Source: Spirochaetia bacterium (lineage in GTDB: Bacteria; Spirochaetota; Spirochaetia; SP-2023). Taken from it: DNA of 64,000 bases. Under the pieces are notes generated by a model, which worked only from the letters and a program-made list of their open reading frames with translations, was not told where the DNA came from and searched no databases. The position numbers and the translations under genes were made by a program. This document shows, in pieces, positions 18,966 through 29,485 of the stretch. The stretch spans positions 1,184,001-1,248,000 of the forward strand of contig CBDDCK010000005.1 of NCBI GenBank assembly GCA_965225855.1, in the 5' to 3' direction. Each line of letters opens with the position of its first letter. Position 1 is the stretch's first letter.

Positions 18966-20464
18966 TATGGCCCGCTCAAATAATCTATTGGGTTGACTGC
19001 TTTTCCTGCTACAAAAATCGTGAAGTGAATATGTGTCCCCGTGCTCAAGCCCGAAGAACCTATATGTCCAATAGTATGGCCTTGGAATATCCGTTGCCCT
19101 TTGCTAACTAAAAGTTTGGACATGTGGCCGTAAAGAGTTTTAATACCTTTATCGTGTTGTAAAATAACATACTTGCCATAAATCGATTGGTAACCCGCAG
19201 AAATCACCAAACCATCAGAAGAAGCTTTTACCGCTGCTCCATAAGGGCCAACAATATCCAAACCGTTGTGAAATTCGCGCCTACTCCTGTAGCCGAAAGG
19301 ATTGTTGCGATAACCAAAATGGGAACTGATCGGCCCAATATAAGGATAGATATAAAGATTGCCAAAAACTTTGCGCAATTCATAGCTGCTTAGTGTAGCA
19401 CCGGGGATAAATATTGGGTTGCCAGCAATCAGTACACTATCTTCCAGCTGATTTGCATCGATCAAAGCACCAATGCTGCTGTCAAATTCGGCAGCAATAC
19501 TAGCCAAGCTATCATTGGCTTGAACTTGATACATTAAACCGTCTATATTGGGTATCAAAATTTTCTGCCCAGCTTGTAAACTTTTGGCTCGCTTTATCTG
19601 GTTGACACTAATTAAAGTGGACATGTTGAGGCTATACCGCTGCGCCAGTAGCGAAATATTTTCGCCACTTTGGACAATATATTCACGGGTGTGATAAGCA
19701 GGATGTAAAATACGTTTCAATTGTGCTGGGTCTAGTTGCTGGCTAGCAATTAAATTATTTGTTGAAAAACTGGTAGAAGCTATGTCAATTTTACTCTCTG
19801 AAGCATTGGTGGGGGCTGTTCTTTTTCGAACCAAAGCAGCCTGACTATCTAAGCGAGTAAGCATCATATCCTCACTTAGTAACAAGTCGAGCTGATTTTC
19901 GGCCGGTAGCAATAAAACCCTTGCCGATTGTTCAAAATAGTAACGGCTCAAAATAGGAACATACCACTGCACAATCAAAGAAAAAGCAACAAGCTGCAAT
20001 ACAAATAGCAAGCCATCTAAACGCAATAAGTACAGCATTCGTAAAGAAAAGCCAGCTAAAATTTCCCCAAAAACGCCACTAATTTCTCGCTTAAAGACAT
20101 CAACAGAATAATTTGTATTTCCAGTCAACTCCAAATATAATGCTTCTTCATGCTCCTCATAGTGCACAGAATGGCTGCGATACTGTTCATAGCTTTGGCC
20201 ATAAGGTTTATCACAAGATTTTAAGCGGTTTACAGGCTGCCGAGTTTGTTGCCAAGCATGATTATTTCGCCAAGAAAACCATTTTGATTCTCTTGCCGGC
20301 TGCTTGATATTTTGCTTGCCAGTATTTTCTACAAAATTCCTATCAAAACGTTTTTTACTGCGATTCAGCTGGAACTTGCTGTGTTTTTTCGGTTTGCCTT
20401 TACCAGTAAAATTACTTGTGGGGCTACTTTGTTTATTTTGGTATCTTTCACTACTGATACGCAC
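18965..20464 (-). CDS. LysM-domain M23 family peptidase
   Basis: Two LysM domains, HNGLD, LYGHM and STGTHIHF motifs. Start codon uncertain. Confidence 0.88.
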   Translation of the reverse strand: MRISSERYQNKQSSPTSNFTGKGKPKKHSKFQLNRSKKRFDRNFVENTGKQNIKQPARESKWFSWRNNHAWQQTRQPVNRLKSCDKPYGQSYEQYRSHSVHYEEHEEALYLELTGNTNYSVDVFKREISGVFGEILAGFSLRMLYLLRLDGLLFVLQLVAFSLIVQWYVPILSRYYFEQSARVLLLPAENQLDLLLSEDMMLTRLDSQAALVRKRTAPTNASESKIDIASTSFSTNNLIASQQLDPAQLKRILHPAYHTREYIVQSGENISLLAQRYSLNMSTLISVNQIKRAKSLQAGQKILIPNIDGLMYQVQANDSLASIAAEFDSSIGALIDANQLEDSVLIAGNPIFIPGATLSSYELRKVFGNLYIYPYIGPISSHFGYRNNPFGYRSRREFHNGLDIVGPYGAAVKASSDGLVISAGYQSIYGKYVILQHDKGIKTLYGHMSKLLVSKGQRIFQGHTIGHIGSSGLSTGTHIHFTIFVAGKAVNPIDYLSGP

Positions 20465-20651
20465 GTATTTCCTCGGCCAACATCAAATTAATTACAGATA
20501 GAATAATGGCTTAAATTCTTCATCACAACCGATCACAATAAACAAAAATTTGGCTAAATAGGCTAAAGGTATTATTGTAATTAATCTATCCAAAATAAGA
20601 AACATTGGAAGAATACTGAAGACTTGGGAAATATAGTAAATAGAAATCTTA

Positions 20652-20990
20652 CTATAGGCTTTTTAAGAAAAAGCAAATTTGTTTATAGTCTATGCCATTA
20701 TCTTCCCAATTTTTTATAACAAAAGAAATAGCTTGGGAGGATTGAATGAAAACAAATTTTTCTGTACTCCGAACATCTCCTGCTAATATATCCATATTCA
20801 TTCGATAATGCAGCCATTTTACATAGATATAATGCTTATATAAGTTGTATTTTGAAAGCAAATAATTACCGTATGTCTGATATTCTGAAAATCCACTAAA
20901 TGGCAGAGCTTCTGTTTTAGTAGAATTTAAAATGGTAAAAATCCATTTAGAATCTTTGGCAATTACCGCTAAGCCCAAACATCTAATAAA
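20652..20990 (-). pseudogene. Possible DUF6492-like gene remnant
   Basis: GFSEYQTYGNY resembles the FSEYExYGxY motif recalled for DUF6492 proteins. AT-rich, with no convincing start. Confidence 0.35.
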
Positions 20991-21080
20991 GCTGCCCATA
21001 GTTTGCATGACCAAAGTAAATACTCTCACTATAATTGCGCCTTGATATACTACTAAGAAAAGAGCCAAACGAGCAACCGC

Positions 21081-23228
21081 ATGGACTATAAGCAATTACC
21101 CATTTACCGACACCGAGCTGAAATTATTTCAGCTTTTGAACAAAACCAAGTACTTATTGTCGAAAGCCCCACAGGTTCAGGTAAAACGACCCAACTGCCG
21201 CTGATATTACATGAATCTGGCTATACCCAACGCGGCATCATCGGTATAACCCAGCCTCGGCGCCTTGCAACTCTATCGGTTTGTGATTTCATTTCACAAC
21301 AGCTAGAACAGCCTATCGGAGGCTTTGTCGGCTACAAAATGCGCTTTGAAGATGTTACCGGTACAGAAACCAAAATAAAGGTTATGACCGATGGAACCTT
21401 GCTACAAGAACTCAAGCATGACCCTTTGCTATTGCGCTACTCTGCCTTGATGGTAGACGAAGCTCACGAGCGCAGTTTAACCATTGATTTTATCCTCGGC
21501 CTACTCAAAGAACTATTACCCAAAAGGCCCAATTTCCGCTTGCTTGTTTCCTCTGCGACTATCCGCACCCAAGTTTTTAGCCAATATTTCCAACAAGCTC
21601 CGATTATTTCTATCCAAGCTCAAAGCTTCCCAGTGCAAGTGATCTACTACTCTCCAGATAACAACAAGCTCAACAAAAATACCAATCACAAACAAAAACG
21701 CAAGGCTGGTAAAAATGTAAGCAAAATACAAAATACAAAAAAAGTCTTCAGCTCTGCTGAAGAGCTGGCAGAACAAATTTGCAACCTAATTTTGCAGCTG
21801 GACTTGCCCATTTCTCCTGCCAAGCGACAACAGAAATTACCTTCTAAGGCCATCCAAGAGCTACAAGCCCCAGATACTGGCGGCGATGTGTTAGTGTTTC
21901 TCCCCGGTGAAGCGCATATCAAAGCTTGTTTGCTGGCTTTGCAACCACATACAGAACCATACAGTCTTTCTGTACTACCGCTCTATGCTCGGCTTGGCAA
22001 AGAAGAGCAACAACGCATTTTTGAGTCCACCCCATATTGCTCCCAATTGCAAAGAAACCGCCGCAAAATTATTCTAGCCACCAACATTGCCGAAACTAGC
22101 TTGACGATCGAAGGCGTAACTGTAGTGATCGATACCGGTTTATCCAAACTCAGCCATTTTGACAGCTATAGCCAACATGCAGAACTGCGCGAAAGTGGGA
22201 TTTCTAAAGCGTCTGCCCTCCAACGCAAAGGCCGAGCTGGGCGCGTTGCTGCCGGCCGTTGCTACCGCCTTTATAGCCACACCGACTACCAAGCCATGCA
22301 GCCCTACACCCAAGAAGAAATTCAGCGCACAGACCTCACAGAAGTTATTTTGCGTATGGCGGAACTAGGTATACAAGGTTTTGAAAGCTTTGATTTTCTC
22401 ACCAAGCCAGAACTAAATGATATTCGCAATGCAATTAATAGTTTGGTGCAGTTAGGTGCTTTGGCCAATCGTAAACTTACAGAAATTGGGGAACAAATGT
22501 GCTATTTCCCACTGCTGCCAAAGCATTCCCGCATACTGATCGAAGCAGTGCGCATTAGCCCAGAATGCATACATCCAGCTTGTGTTATTACTGCTTTTCT
22601 TTCAACAAATTCACCTTTCTTATTTCCACATGGTCAAGAACGAGAAGCCCGCAAAGCCCAAAGCCATTTCATGGGTAAATATGGCGACTTTGAATTTTAT
22701 TTAGCAGTTTTCCATCGGTATTCTACTATGCAAAGCTTACATGAAAAACAGCAATTTTGTGAGCACTATTTCTTAGACCAAAAAGCTATGCATGAACTAC
22801 AGCGAATTACCTACCAACTCAAAGATATTATCCGCAATGCACCCCCATTTAAAGATATTGCCATACCAGAACCATCTAATGGTAACTGTAGCCCAAATTA
22901 TATGCAACAATATATGCAAGCTTGTTTAGCTGGTCTGCAAAGTAGTTTGTGCATTCAAGAACAGACCAATGCTAACAGTGGGGGCCAGCGCAGTAAACGC
23001 CGCATATTATACCGCAGCCTCACTACCAACAATATTATTATTCACCCCAGCTCTAGTTTGTTCTGCCAAACACCTAAATATTTGTTAGCAGGTGAAATTA
23101 TACGTACTTCCCAAACTTATGCACGTGCAGTCAGCCTATTACAACCCAAGTGGATTGATAAGTTTAACCCATCTTTACGCAAACAATTAAAACGCCTAGT
23201 TGGCTCAAAAAATAAAAAAGCAGAATAG
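21081..23228 (+). CDS. hrpA: DEAH-box ATP-dependent RNA helicase
   Basis: SPTGSGKTTQLP, TQPRRLA, DEAHERS, SAT, ATNIAETSLTI and QRKGRAGR motifs. Confidence 0.93.
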   Translation: MDYKQLPIYRHRAEIISAFEQNQVLIVESPTGSGKTTQLPLILHESGYTQRGIIGITQPRRLATLSVCDFISQQLEQPIGGFVGYKMRFEDVTGTETKIKVMTDGTLLQELKHDPLLLRYSALMVDEAHERSLTIDFILGLLKELLPKRPNFRLLVSSATIRTQVFSQYFQQAPIISIQAQSFPVQVIYYSPDNNKLNKNTNHKQKRKAGKNVSKIQNTKKVFSSAEELAEQICNLILQLDLPISPAKRQQKLPSKAIQELQAPDTGGDVLVFLPGEAHIKACLLALQPHTEPYSLSVLPLYARLGKEEQQRIFESTPYCSQLQRNRRKIILATNIAETSLTIEGVTVVIDTGLSKLSHFDSYSQHAELRESGISKASALQRKGRAGRVAAGRCYRLYSHTDYQAMQPYTQEEIQRTDLTEVILRMAELGIQGFESFDFLTKPELNDIRNAINSLVQLGALANRKLTEIGEQMCYFPLLPKHSRILIEAVRISPECIHPACVITAFLSTNSPFLFPHGQEREARKAQSHFMGKYGDFEFYLAVFHRYSTMQSLHEKQQFCEHYFLDQKAMHELQRITYQLKDIIRNAPPFKDIAIPEPSNGNCSPNYMQQYMQACLAGLQSSLCIQEQTNANSGGQRSKRRILYRSLTTNNIIIHPSSSLFCQTPKYLLAGEIIRTSQTYARAVSLLQPKWIDKFNPSLRKQLKRLVGSKNKKAE

Positions 23229-23388
23229 CTACCACAACACACAGAATCTATGATTCATTCAGTATTAAAAAGATTGAATATCATTCCAGATTCCATACAA
23301 TCAACACCATAACTATATATTAGTACAATGTTATTATCTAATTCAAGAACTGCTTCTATAATATTTGGGGCTTGATTCGAGCAATCCG

Positions 23389-24246
23389 CTAATGGCTATA
23401 TATCTGATTTTCTTTTAATTCTAAAATACCATCACTGGTACGGAATTTTGTTGCAAAGCTTTGTCGTTCAAAATTTTGGCTATAGGTAGCTACTAAAAAG
23501 TGTAAATGGGCTTCACTGGAATAACCTGTATTACCGGCATAACCCAGTAGCTGGCCTGCTGCAACTTCTTCACCTATTTGTACCACAATACCCTTGTGCA
23601 TAAAATGGGCATATATGCCCGAAGTATTATCATCATGCAGAATATGAATAAAATTATCTCTATTTTCGTATACCTTTAGAGTACCACCTTTAGAATAATT
23701 ATCCTGAATTTGGACAATTATACCAGAACGAGCCGCTGTTATAGGGCTACCTTTAGGCATTTGAAAGTCTAAAGCATATACACCTTTATGCGAGAATTGG
23801 CCATTATAACCTTGGATAATTTTATATCCCGGCCCGCCTGTAGGATATGGCAACTGATAAATATACTTATCATCATGTTTGGCCTCAATAATTCCAACAA
23901 TGGTATTCCATGTATAAAAGAATCCCTTATTTGAATCTTTTATTGAGAATAATCGAACTTTGCCATTTTTACGCTGATTAGCAGAACTACTATAAACCCA
24001 ATTAGTTTGCAAGTTTTCCATAACCCCAGGGATAAATTGTTGTTCTACTAGAACCAGTTCTTTGATACGGACTATAATAGGAAAAGGCTGTTCCGCTTGC
24101 AAATATACATCAATTCGATCACCGGAATCTATATCTACCACGATTGCTTTAAAATGTAATTCTTGGTATGGAATACTGTTACAACCCAACAACAAAAAAT
24201 TAACCAAAACTATAGTAAAAAATTTCATACCGTTCCTATAATCCAT
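23389..24246 (-). CDS. M23 family peptidase lipoprotein
   Basis: LLLGC lipobox; QGYNGQFSH, ALDF.MP.G, YAH and GNTGYS..AHLHF motifs. Confidence 0.88.
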   Translation of the reverse strand: MDYRNGMKFFTIVLVNFLLLGCNSIPYQELHFKAIVVDIDSGDRIDVYLQAEQPFPIIVRIKELVLVEQQFIPGVMENLQTNWVYSSSANQRKNGKVRLFSIKDSNKGFFYTWNTIVGIIEAKHDDKYIYQLPYPTGGPGYKIIQGYNGQFSHKGVYALDFQMPKGSPITAARSGIIVQIQDNYSKGGTLKVYENRDNFIHILHDDNTSGIYAHFMHKGIVVQIGEEVAAGQLLGYAGNTGYSSEAHLHFLVATYSQNFERQSFATKFRTSDGILELKENQIYSH

Positions 24247-24584
24247 CTAACCATATAATATCTAACTCTATTTTGATAATTATCTATAAAATGAAGGTAA
24301 ATTATTATCTTACCATTGTATATAAAACTATAAAAAAGAATCGATCAAAATAAAATCTGCTCTTATAAATTTTAGATATAATATCCAATTACTCTATTAT
24401 TGTCAATCATTTTTAGATTTATAAATGATTCGATCAAGATTATTATTACAAAGATATTTTAGACATAAAAACCAATCATTAGATATAAAATAAATAAAAG
24501 TTTTATATTTACAAATCAATAACATATTGAATATGGTAATTTTATATCATATTTTTGTAGTTATTCAAATTAATAGCACAGCTA

Positions 24585-25214
24585 CTATTTACTAATGGTA
24601 AATGTAGGTAAAGATAGATGCCAACGGATAGCTATCAAACGAAGGATCAGGGTAGAGCAAACTCCGATAATAAAAGCAGCAGAATGCTGGAAGCCAACAG
24701 CCAATGATCCGGTATAAAATATACCACCAATAATACAAGCAGTAGCATATATTTCATGTCTCATTATCATTGGTATTTCCCGTGCCAAAGTATCTCGTAT
24801 GATGCCACCACCACAGCCGGTAATTACACCCATCATAATAGCAACTAAGCTAGAACTTTGGTATACTAAGGATTTTTCAATACCAATACCCAAAAAAGTC
24901 GCTAAACCAATTGCATCACAAACAGGTAGTATCCACCATGAAAGGCTTTCCAGCTTACGAATAATCAGTATTGCCACAATACAAGTAATTATTATAACCC
25001 AAAGATATGTAACATCCGCTATCCAAAAAACAGGGTTCGCACCTAATATTAAGTCTCGCAGAGTGCCACCACCAATAGCTGTAACCCCACTTAAAACAAT
25101 AACACCAAATGGGTCCATTTTTAAGCGACATGCCAATAACACACCCGAAACAGCAAATATAGCCGTACCAAATAAGTCAACAGCATAGAACAATAACATT
25201 AGTTTTGAATCCAT
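24585..25214 (-). CDS. TRIC cation channel family (UPF0126/YadS-like) membrane protein
   Basis: FAVSG, MDPFG, TAIGGGTLRD, DAIGLA, GCGGGIIRD and EIYATA motifs. Confidence 0.92.
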   Translation of the reverse strand: MDSKLMLLFYAVDLFGTAIFAVSGVLLACRLKMDPFGVIVLSGVTAIGGGTLRDLILGANPVFWIADVTYLWVIIITCIVAILIIRKLESLSWWILPVCDAIGLATFLGIGIEKSLVYQSSSLVAIMMGVITGCGGGIIRDTLAREIPMIMRHEIYATACIIGGIFYTGSLAVGFQHSAAFIIGVCSTLILRLIAIRWHLSLPTFTISK

Positions 25215-25225
25215 TAAGTATTACC

Positions 25226-26557
25226 TTAAAAATCAATAACCCGCTCTAAATATAATTCCATCACAAGGTAAGACCATGGAGGTATTTCTGGTTGTTTGCC
25301 TTGAATGCCATAAGCCCCTTCTGGAGGTAACAAATATAGACGTTTCTCCCCGGGAGTCATATCCAATAAGGCTACCTTCCAAGCTGGAAACAATTGCCCC
25401 AATGAAACCCGCACACTGCGCTGTTGTTGAATCCGGTCTTCCAACAATAAACTGCGGCCATCATTTTGTGTTGCCCAAACAGCATACTGTATTTCCACCT
25501 GAACCAAACTACTATCGGGTAGCTCATGTTCCAATCTATCATTTGATTGATCATCTAGTTTAGTTACCAATTTGGTTGCCGTAGAACCTGCTTGCAATAC
25601 TTTATATTCCAAACCCCAATCTCGCATTTTTGTTTGTAAAGCAATAGCTATAGCTTGTTGTGATTGATTTAGGGCACTATCTTTATATTCTGTTTTTGGC
25701 TGTTGTAATTTTTGCTGTTGGTAGCGTGGCCATTGCACTTCAATAAAATCACGCCCCAGCTGTTGGTGAATGGCTGCCATTCCTTGGCGTTTATATAATA
25801 CTTCTGTCCGAAGCTGTTGTAGCATATTTAAGCCATCACGGCGCAATCTAGCCAAAAATTCTTGCCCTAGATTGTTATCACTATGCACTTTAATCGAAAG
25901 GATTTGATCATCAGTTTGCAAATTGCGTACTACATGAAAGCCTTTTACTACTTGGCCAAATGCACTAAACTTACCAAACAAATGGGGATTAGCTGCTAAG
26001 CTAATAAAAAAAGAAGGTTGGCTTACAATATTTACCGTATTCATGGCATTCTCAACAGACACAGCCGTAAATGCCAACACCCCTGGTTTGCGAAAGTGTA
26101 ACCACTCGGAAAACTCTGCTGGAAACAAAGGCATAGCAAAGGGATTACCAGCTTGAACATATGCAATATTTTCACTGTTAGAATTTTTGAAACCTTTTGG
26201 AAGTATGAAATTAGCTCCAATATAACTCTCTACTTGATTATGAATAATAGAGTCTCCCGCAAGGTATAAAAATGTCGCCACAGCCAAGGGGGCCAATTGA
26301 AATGCTAAGCGAAGTTCAATAGTTCCTTTGTTAGTATCCAAATAAGCAGTAATGGCTTGCCCACCACTAAGCTGCTGCCAACCTTTAGTTTGAGTTTGGG
26401 CTTGTATAGACAATTCTTGCAGTTGCTGGGAGGCATATTTTTTATAACTATTTGCCTGTTCTGCCTTTTGCGCAATTTTACGAGCTCGTGAACAACTTGA
26501 TGCAATCAGCACTAACAATAAAATCGCCCAAACAAGCTGCACTAGCTTATGTTTCAT
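25226..26557 (-). CDS. Cyclophilin-FKBP fusion lipoprotein with a degenerate cyclophilin domain
   Basis: LIASSC lipobox; DTNKGTI..L....APLAVATF and FGQVVKG; C-terminal MTPGEKR..LPPEGAYG..IPP. Confidence 0.8.
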   Translation of the reverse strand: MKHKLVQLVWAILLLVLIASSCSRARKIAQKAEQANSYKKYASQQLQELSIQAQTQTKGWQQLSGGQAITAYLDTNKGTIELRLAFQLAPLAVATFLYLAGDSIIHNQVESYIGANFILPKGFKNSNSENIAYVQAGNPFAMPLFPAEFSEWLHFRKPGVLAFTAVSVENAMNTVNIVSQPSFFISLAANPHLFGKFSAFGQVVKGFHVVRNLQTDDQILSIKVHSDNNLGQEFLARLRRDGLNMLQQLRTEVLYKRQGMAAIHQQLGRDFIEVQWPRYQQQKLQQPKTEYKDSALNQSQQAIAIALQTKMRDWGLEYKVLQAGSTATKLVTKLDDQSNDRLEHELPDSSLVQVEIQYAVWATQNDGRSLLLEDRIQQQRSVRVSLGQLFPAWKVALLDMTPGEKRLYLLPPEGAYGIQGKQPEIPPWSYLVMELYLERVIDF

Positions 26558-26608
26558 AAAAACTGATTCCGCTCATTCTTAAATCATTATTTTTTGTAAA
26601 TCAAAAAT

Positions 26609-27691
26609 TTAACGAATAAATTCAAGCATTTCCATTTCAAACAGTAAATAGCTATTGGCTGGAATCACGGGTGGACTGCCCTGTTTGCCATAACCTAAAT
26701 TACTGGGCACCAATATAATTCGTTTTTCACCTTTTTGCATTTGTGGCATCGTGAGATTCCAAGCTTGAATTACTTGACCTACAGCAATTTCAATCGGCTC
26801 TCCTCGATCAAAAGAACTATCCACTTTTTGGACTTTGCCATCGCTGCTTAAAACCCACAAAGTATAGTCCAGCCGATATTTTTGCACATCACCCAATTGC
26901 TCACCCGTTGCCCCATTGCCCGGCGCAACAATGTAATGGTGCAGTCCTTCAGCTCCGCTCTTGGAGTTAGAGCTCTTAAAGCTATCTTCAAAAGAAATAT
27001 CATTCCATTGCTGCTTGGCAAATTGTTCGAGAACTTGTTTGTTTTGCTTACTTCGCTGTTGATCGATAGCAGCCTGTTTGTTCAAAATTTGTGAGCGCAA
27101 TTCTTGAAATTGTTGCCAACTAGGCTGAAATTCTTCTGCCTTAGTTCCCTGCCGAACGATGCTTACTTTGATAATTTTGTCATCTTTGGCAATTGCCTTG
27201 ACAACATCTATTCCCTCAACCACATGGCCAAACACACTGTAATTACCATTTAAAAATGATGCGGGCGCTAAGGTAATAAAAAACTGGCTGCCATTGGTAT
27301 CTGGCCCAGAATTGGCCATAGACAAAATGCCTTCTGTATCATGGTTTAAACTCGAATCAATTTCATTGGGAAATTGATAACCAGGGCCTCCAGTACCATT
27401 ACCCTTTGGGTCTCCCCCTTGGATCACAAAATTCGGCTCGACACGGTGGAAAGTTAAACCATCAAAATAGGGTTTTCCTTTGTCACTACTGGGGGTTTCA
27501 AAACGGCCTTCTGCCAGGCCGACAAAACTCATTACAGTAAGCGGAGTTTTTTCAAATTCAAGCTGCGCTAGTATTGTGCCTTGCTCGGTCTCTATTTTGG
27601 CAAAGAGGCCATCACTAGGCAGCTGTACTTTTGCAGCACATGCGCTAGATATACTCAGTAGTAATAAAAAGACCAATAATTTTATTTTCAT
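26609..27691 (-). CDS. Cyclophilin-FKBP fusion peptidyl-prolyl isomerase, exported (probable lipoprotein)
   Basis: Signal peptide ending ISSAC; FHRVEPNFVIQGGDP and SMANSGPDTNGSQFFIT; FKBP DSS..RGEP, GEKR and LGYG. Confidence 0.92.
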   Translation of the reverse strand: MKIKLLVFLLLLSISSACAAKVQLPSDGLFAKIETEQGTILAQLEFEKTPLTVMSFVGLAEGRFETPSSDKGKPYFDGLTFHRVEPNFVIQGGDPKGNGTGGPGYQFPNEIDSSLNHDTEGILSMANSGPDTNGSQFFITLAPASFLNGNYSVFGHVVEGIDVVKAIAKDDKIIKVSIVRQGTKAEEFQPSWQQFQELRSQILNKQAAIDQQRSKQNKQVLEQFAKQQWNDISFEDSFKSSNSKSGAEGLHHYIVAPGNGATGEQLGDVQKYRLDYTLWVLSSDGKVQKVDSSFDRGEPIEIAVGQVIQAWNLTMPQMQKGEKRIILVPSNLGYGKQGSPPVIPANSYLLFEMEMLEFIR

Positions 27692-27715
27692 TGAAAAACT
27701 CCGATAATAACTGTT

Positions 27716-28705
27716 TTAATGAAAACTTAGCGTTTCCATCTCAAACAATAAGTAACTGTTTGGTGGGATAATCGGTGGATTGCCCCGTTTGCCATAGCCT
27801 AATGGCCCGGGAACTATTAACACCCGTTGTTCACCACATTGCATTTTTGGCAATGTCAGGCCCCAGCCTCGTACAACTTGTTCGGGCGCAATGCGAAGGG
27901 GTTGGCCCCGATCGCGAGAGCTATCAATTTTGGCAATAGAGCCATCAAGCTGGGAAACCCAAAGAGTATAGTGCATTGAATACTGTTTGGCCCCTGCTTC
28001 TTGGCCCGTTGGCCCTTGCCCTTGACAAATAATTTTATACTGTAAGCCTTCAGGGCTTTGCTCCAATCCGCCTCCCGGCCAAGTTTGTTCGATATAGTCG
28101 AGCAATTGCTGTTGAACTGTAGATTGAGCCGACTGTTTGGCCTTATTTCTTTGAGAAATCATGGCTTGAAATTCTTGCCAGTTGGGCGCAAAGTTATTGG
28201 CATGGTGGCCTTTACGGTGAATTATCACACGTTCCATAACAGCCCCTTTTTCAATTTTTTGAATCAGCTCTAAGTTCCAAACAACCAAGCCAAACACGCT
28301 ATATCCACCATCTAAAAAGGCAGCATCAGAGAGAGTAATAAAAAACTGGCTACCATTGGTGTCTGGCCCAGCGTTGGCCATGGACAAAATTCCAGCTTGG
28401 CTATGCTTTAATTCACTGTGGATTTCATTGGGAAATTGATAACCAGGGCCCCCAGTACCATTACCATTTGGGTCTCCCCCTTGAATCACAAAGCTTGGCT
28501 CTACTCGGTGAAAAGTCAGGCCATCAAAATAGGGTGTGCCCACTTTGTCATTAGGCGCAGAAAAACGGCCTTCTGCCAAGCCAATAAAATTGGCAACCGT
28601 CATAGGCGCACGCTCAAATTCAAGCTTACATAAAATATCACCACCGCTCATTTGCAGTTGAGCATATAGACCATTTTGCTCGGCAAGTATCGTTTCAATA
28701 GACAA
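27716..28705 (-). CDS. Cyclophilin-FKBP fusion peptidyl-prolyl isomerase, cytoplasmic
   Basis: No signal peptide; FHRVEPSFVIQGGDP and SMANAGPDTNGSQFFIT; C-terminal FKBP; TTG start with GGAG RBS. Confidence 0.92.
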   Translation of the reverse strand: MSIETILAEQNGLYAQLQMSGGDILCKLEFERAPMTVANFIGLAEGRFSAPNDKVGTPYFDGLTFHRVEPSFVIQGGDPNGNGTGGPGYQFPNEIHSELKHSQAGILSMANAGPDTNGSQFFITLSDAAFLDGGYSVFGLVVWNLELIQKIEKGAVMERVIIHRKGHHANNFAPNWQEFQAMISQRNKAKQSAQSTVQQQLLDYIEQTWPGGGLEQSPEGLQYKIICQGQGPTGQEAGAKQYSMHYTLWVSQLDGSIAKIDSSRDRGQPLRIAPEQVVRGWGLTLPKMQCGEQRVLIVPGPLGYGKRGNPPIIPPNSYLLFEMETLSFH

Positions 28706-28839
28706 ACTCCCACTCCTTCAAACAACAAAAGAATATTTTTCACAGCACTTTAAAGCCAATTCTATTCATTGTCAATATTGGGCAAGATAAACCAGTCAAG
28801 ATAGACCAGTATCGGTCAATAATAAAAAGCTTAAAATAT

Positions 28840-28977
28840 CTATTCAAAAAAATCTCGCATGGATACCCCCAAGGCTTTGGCTAGTTTATCCAACACCATT
28901 AACGTTGGAATTTTCTTTTTGTGTTCAATGTAAAACAAGTAACTGTGGGCTATTCCAGATTCTATAGAGTGCACCAT
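28840..28977 (-). pseudogene. XRE/Cro-C1 helix-turn-helix regulator, 5'-truncated
   Basis: Manual translation MVHSIESGIAHSYLFYIEHKKKIPTLMVLDKLAKALGVSMRDFFE* matches XRE helices 3-5. An in-frame stop lies just upstream. Confidence 0.7.
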
Positions 28978-29485
28978 CTAATACACCCTGTTGTAACTCT
29001 ATAGAGATTATGGGAGTTATATAATAGGTGTAAGGGGGCGTGAAGAATGAAATGTGGGGTATTTGGGCAAATTGTTGCGTGATGCCCTGCTTATGGGGCT
29101 TTCAGAGGGTGCTTGACGGGATTTGAAGTGGTTTATAGTTGGCCTTCCGCTTTTAACTTCGCCTGTTTTCGCCTTGGTTCTTCTATAGATTAAAAAATTT
29201 CTACCCCAACCTTTTTATAAAGTCCAGGGCAAGGAAAAATCAAATATGGGTTGTTGTTCATTTTTGTTTTTCTCTTTGGTTTGGTATGAATCCCTCTGCC
29301 ACCCCCAACCAAAACCCCACCCCCCAAACCTTCACAGCAAAAACCAAACCATGCCCTAATTATGTACTTTTGAAAAGGAACAATTATGGACTAGGTCGGT
29401 CCATAGTTATCGACTTGTTGCGTCTATAACTATGGATTGGTTGCTTTGATGGTTTATAGATTCAACTAATATTCAATGCAAATGA

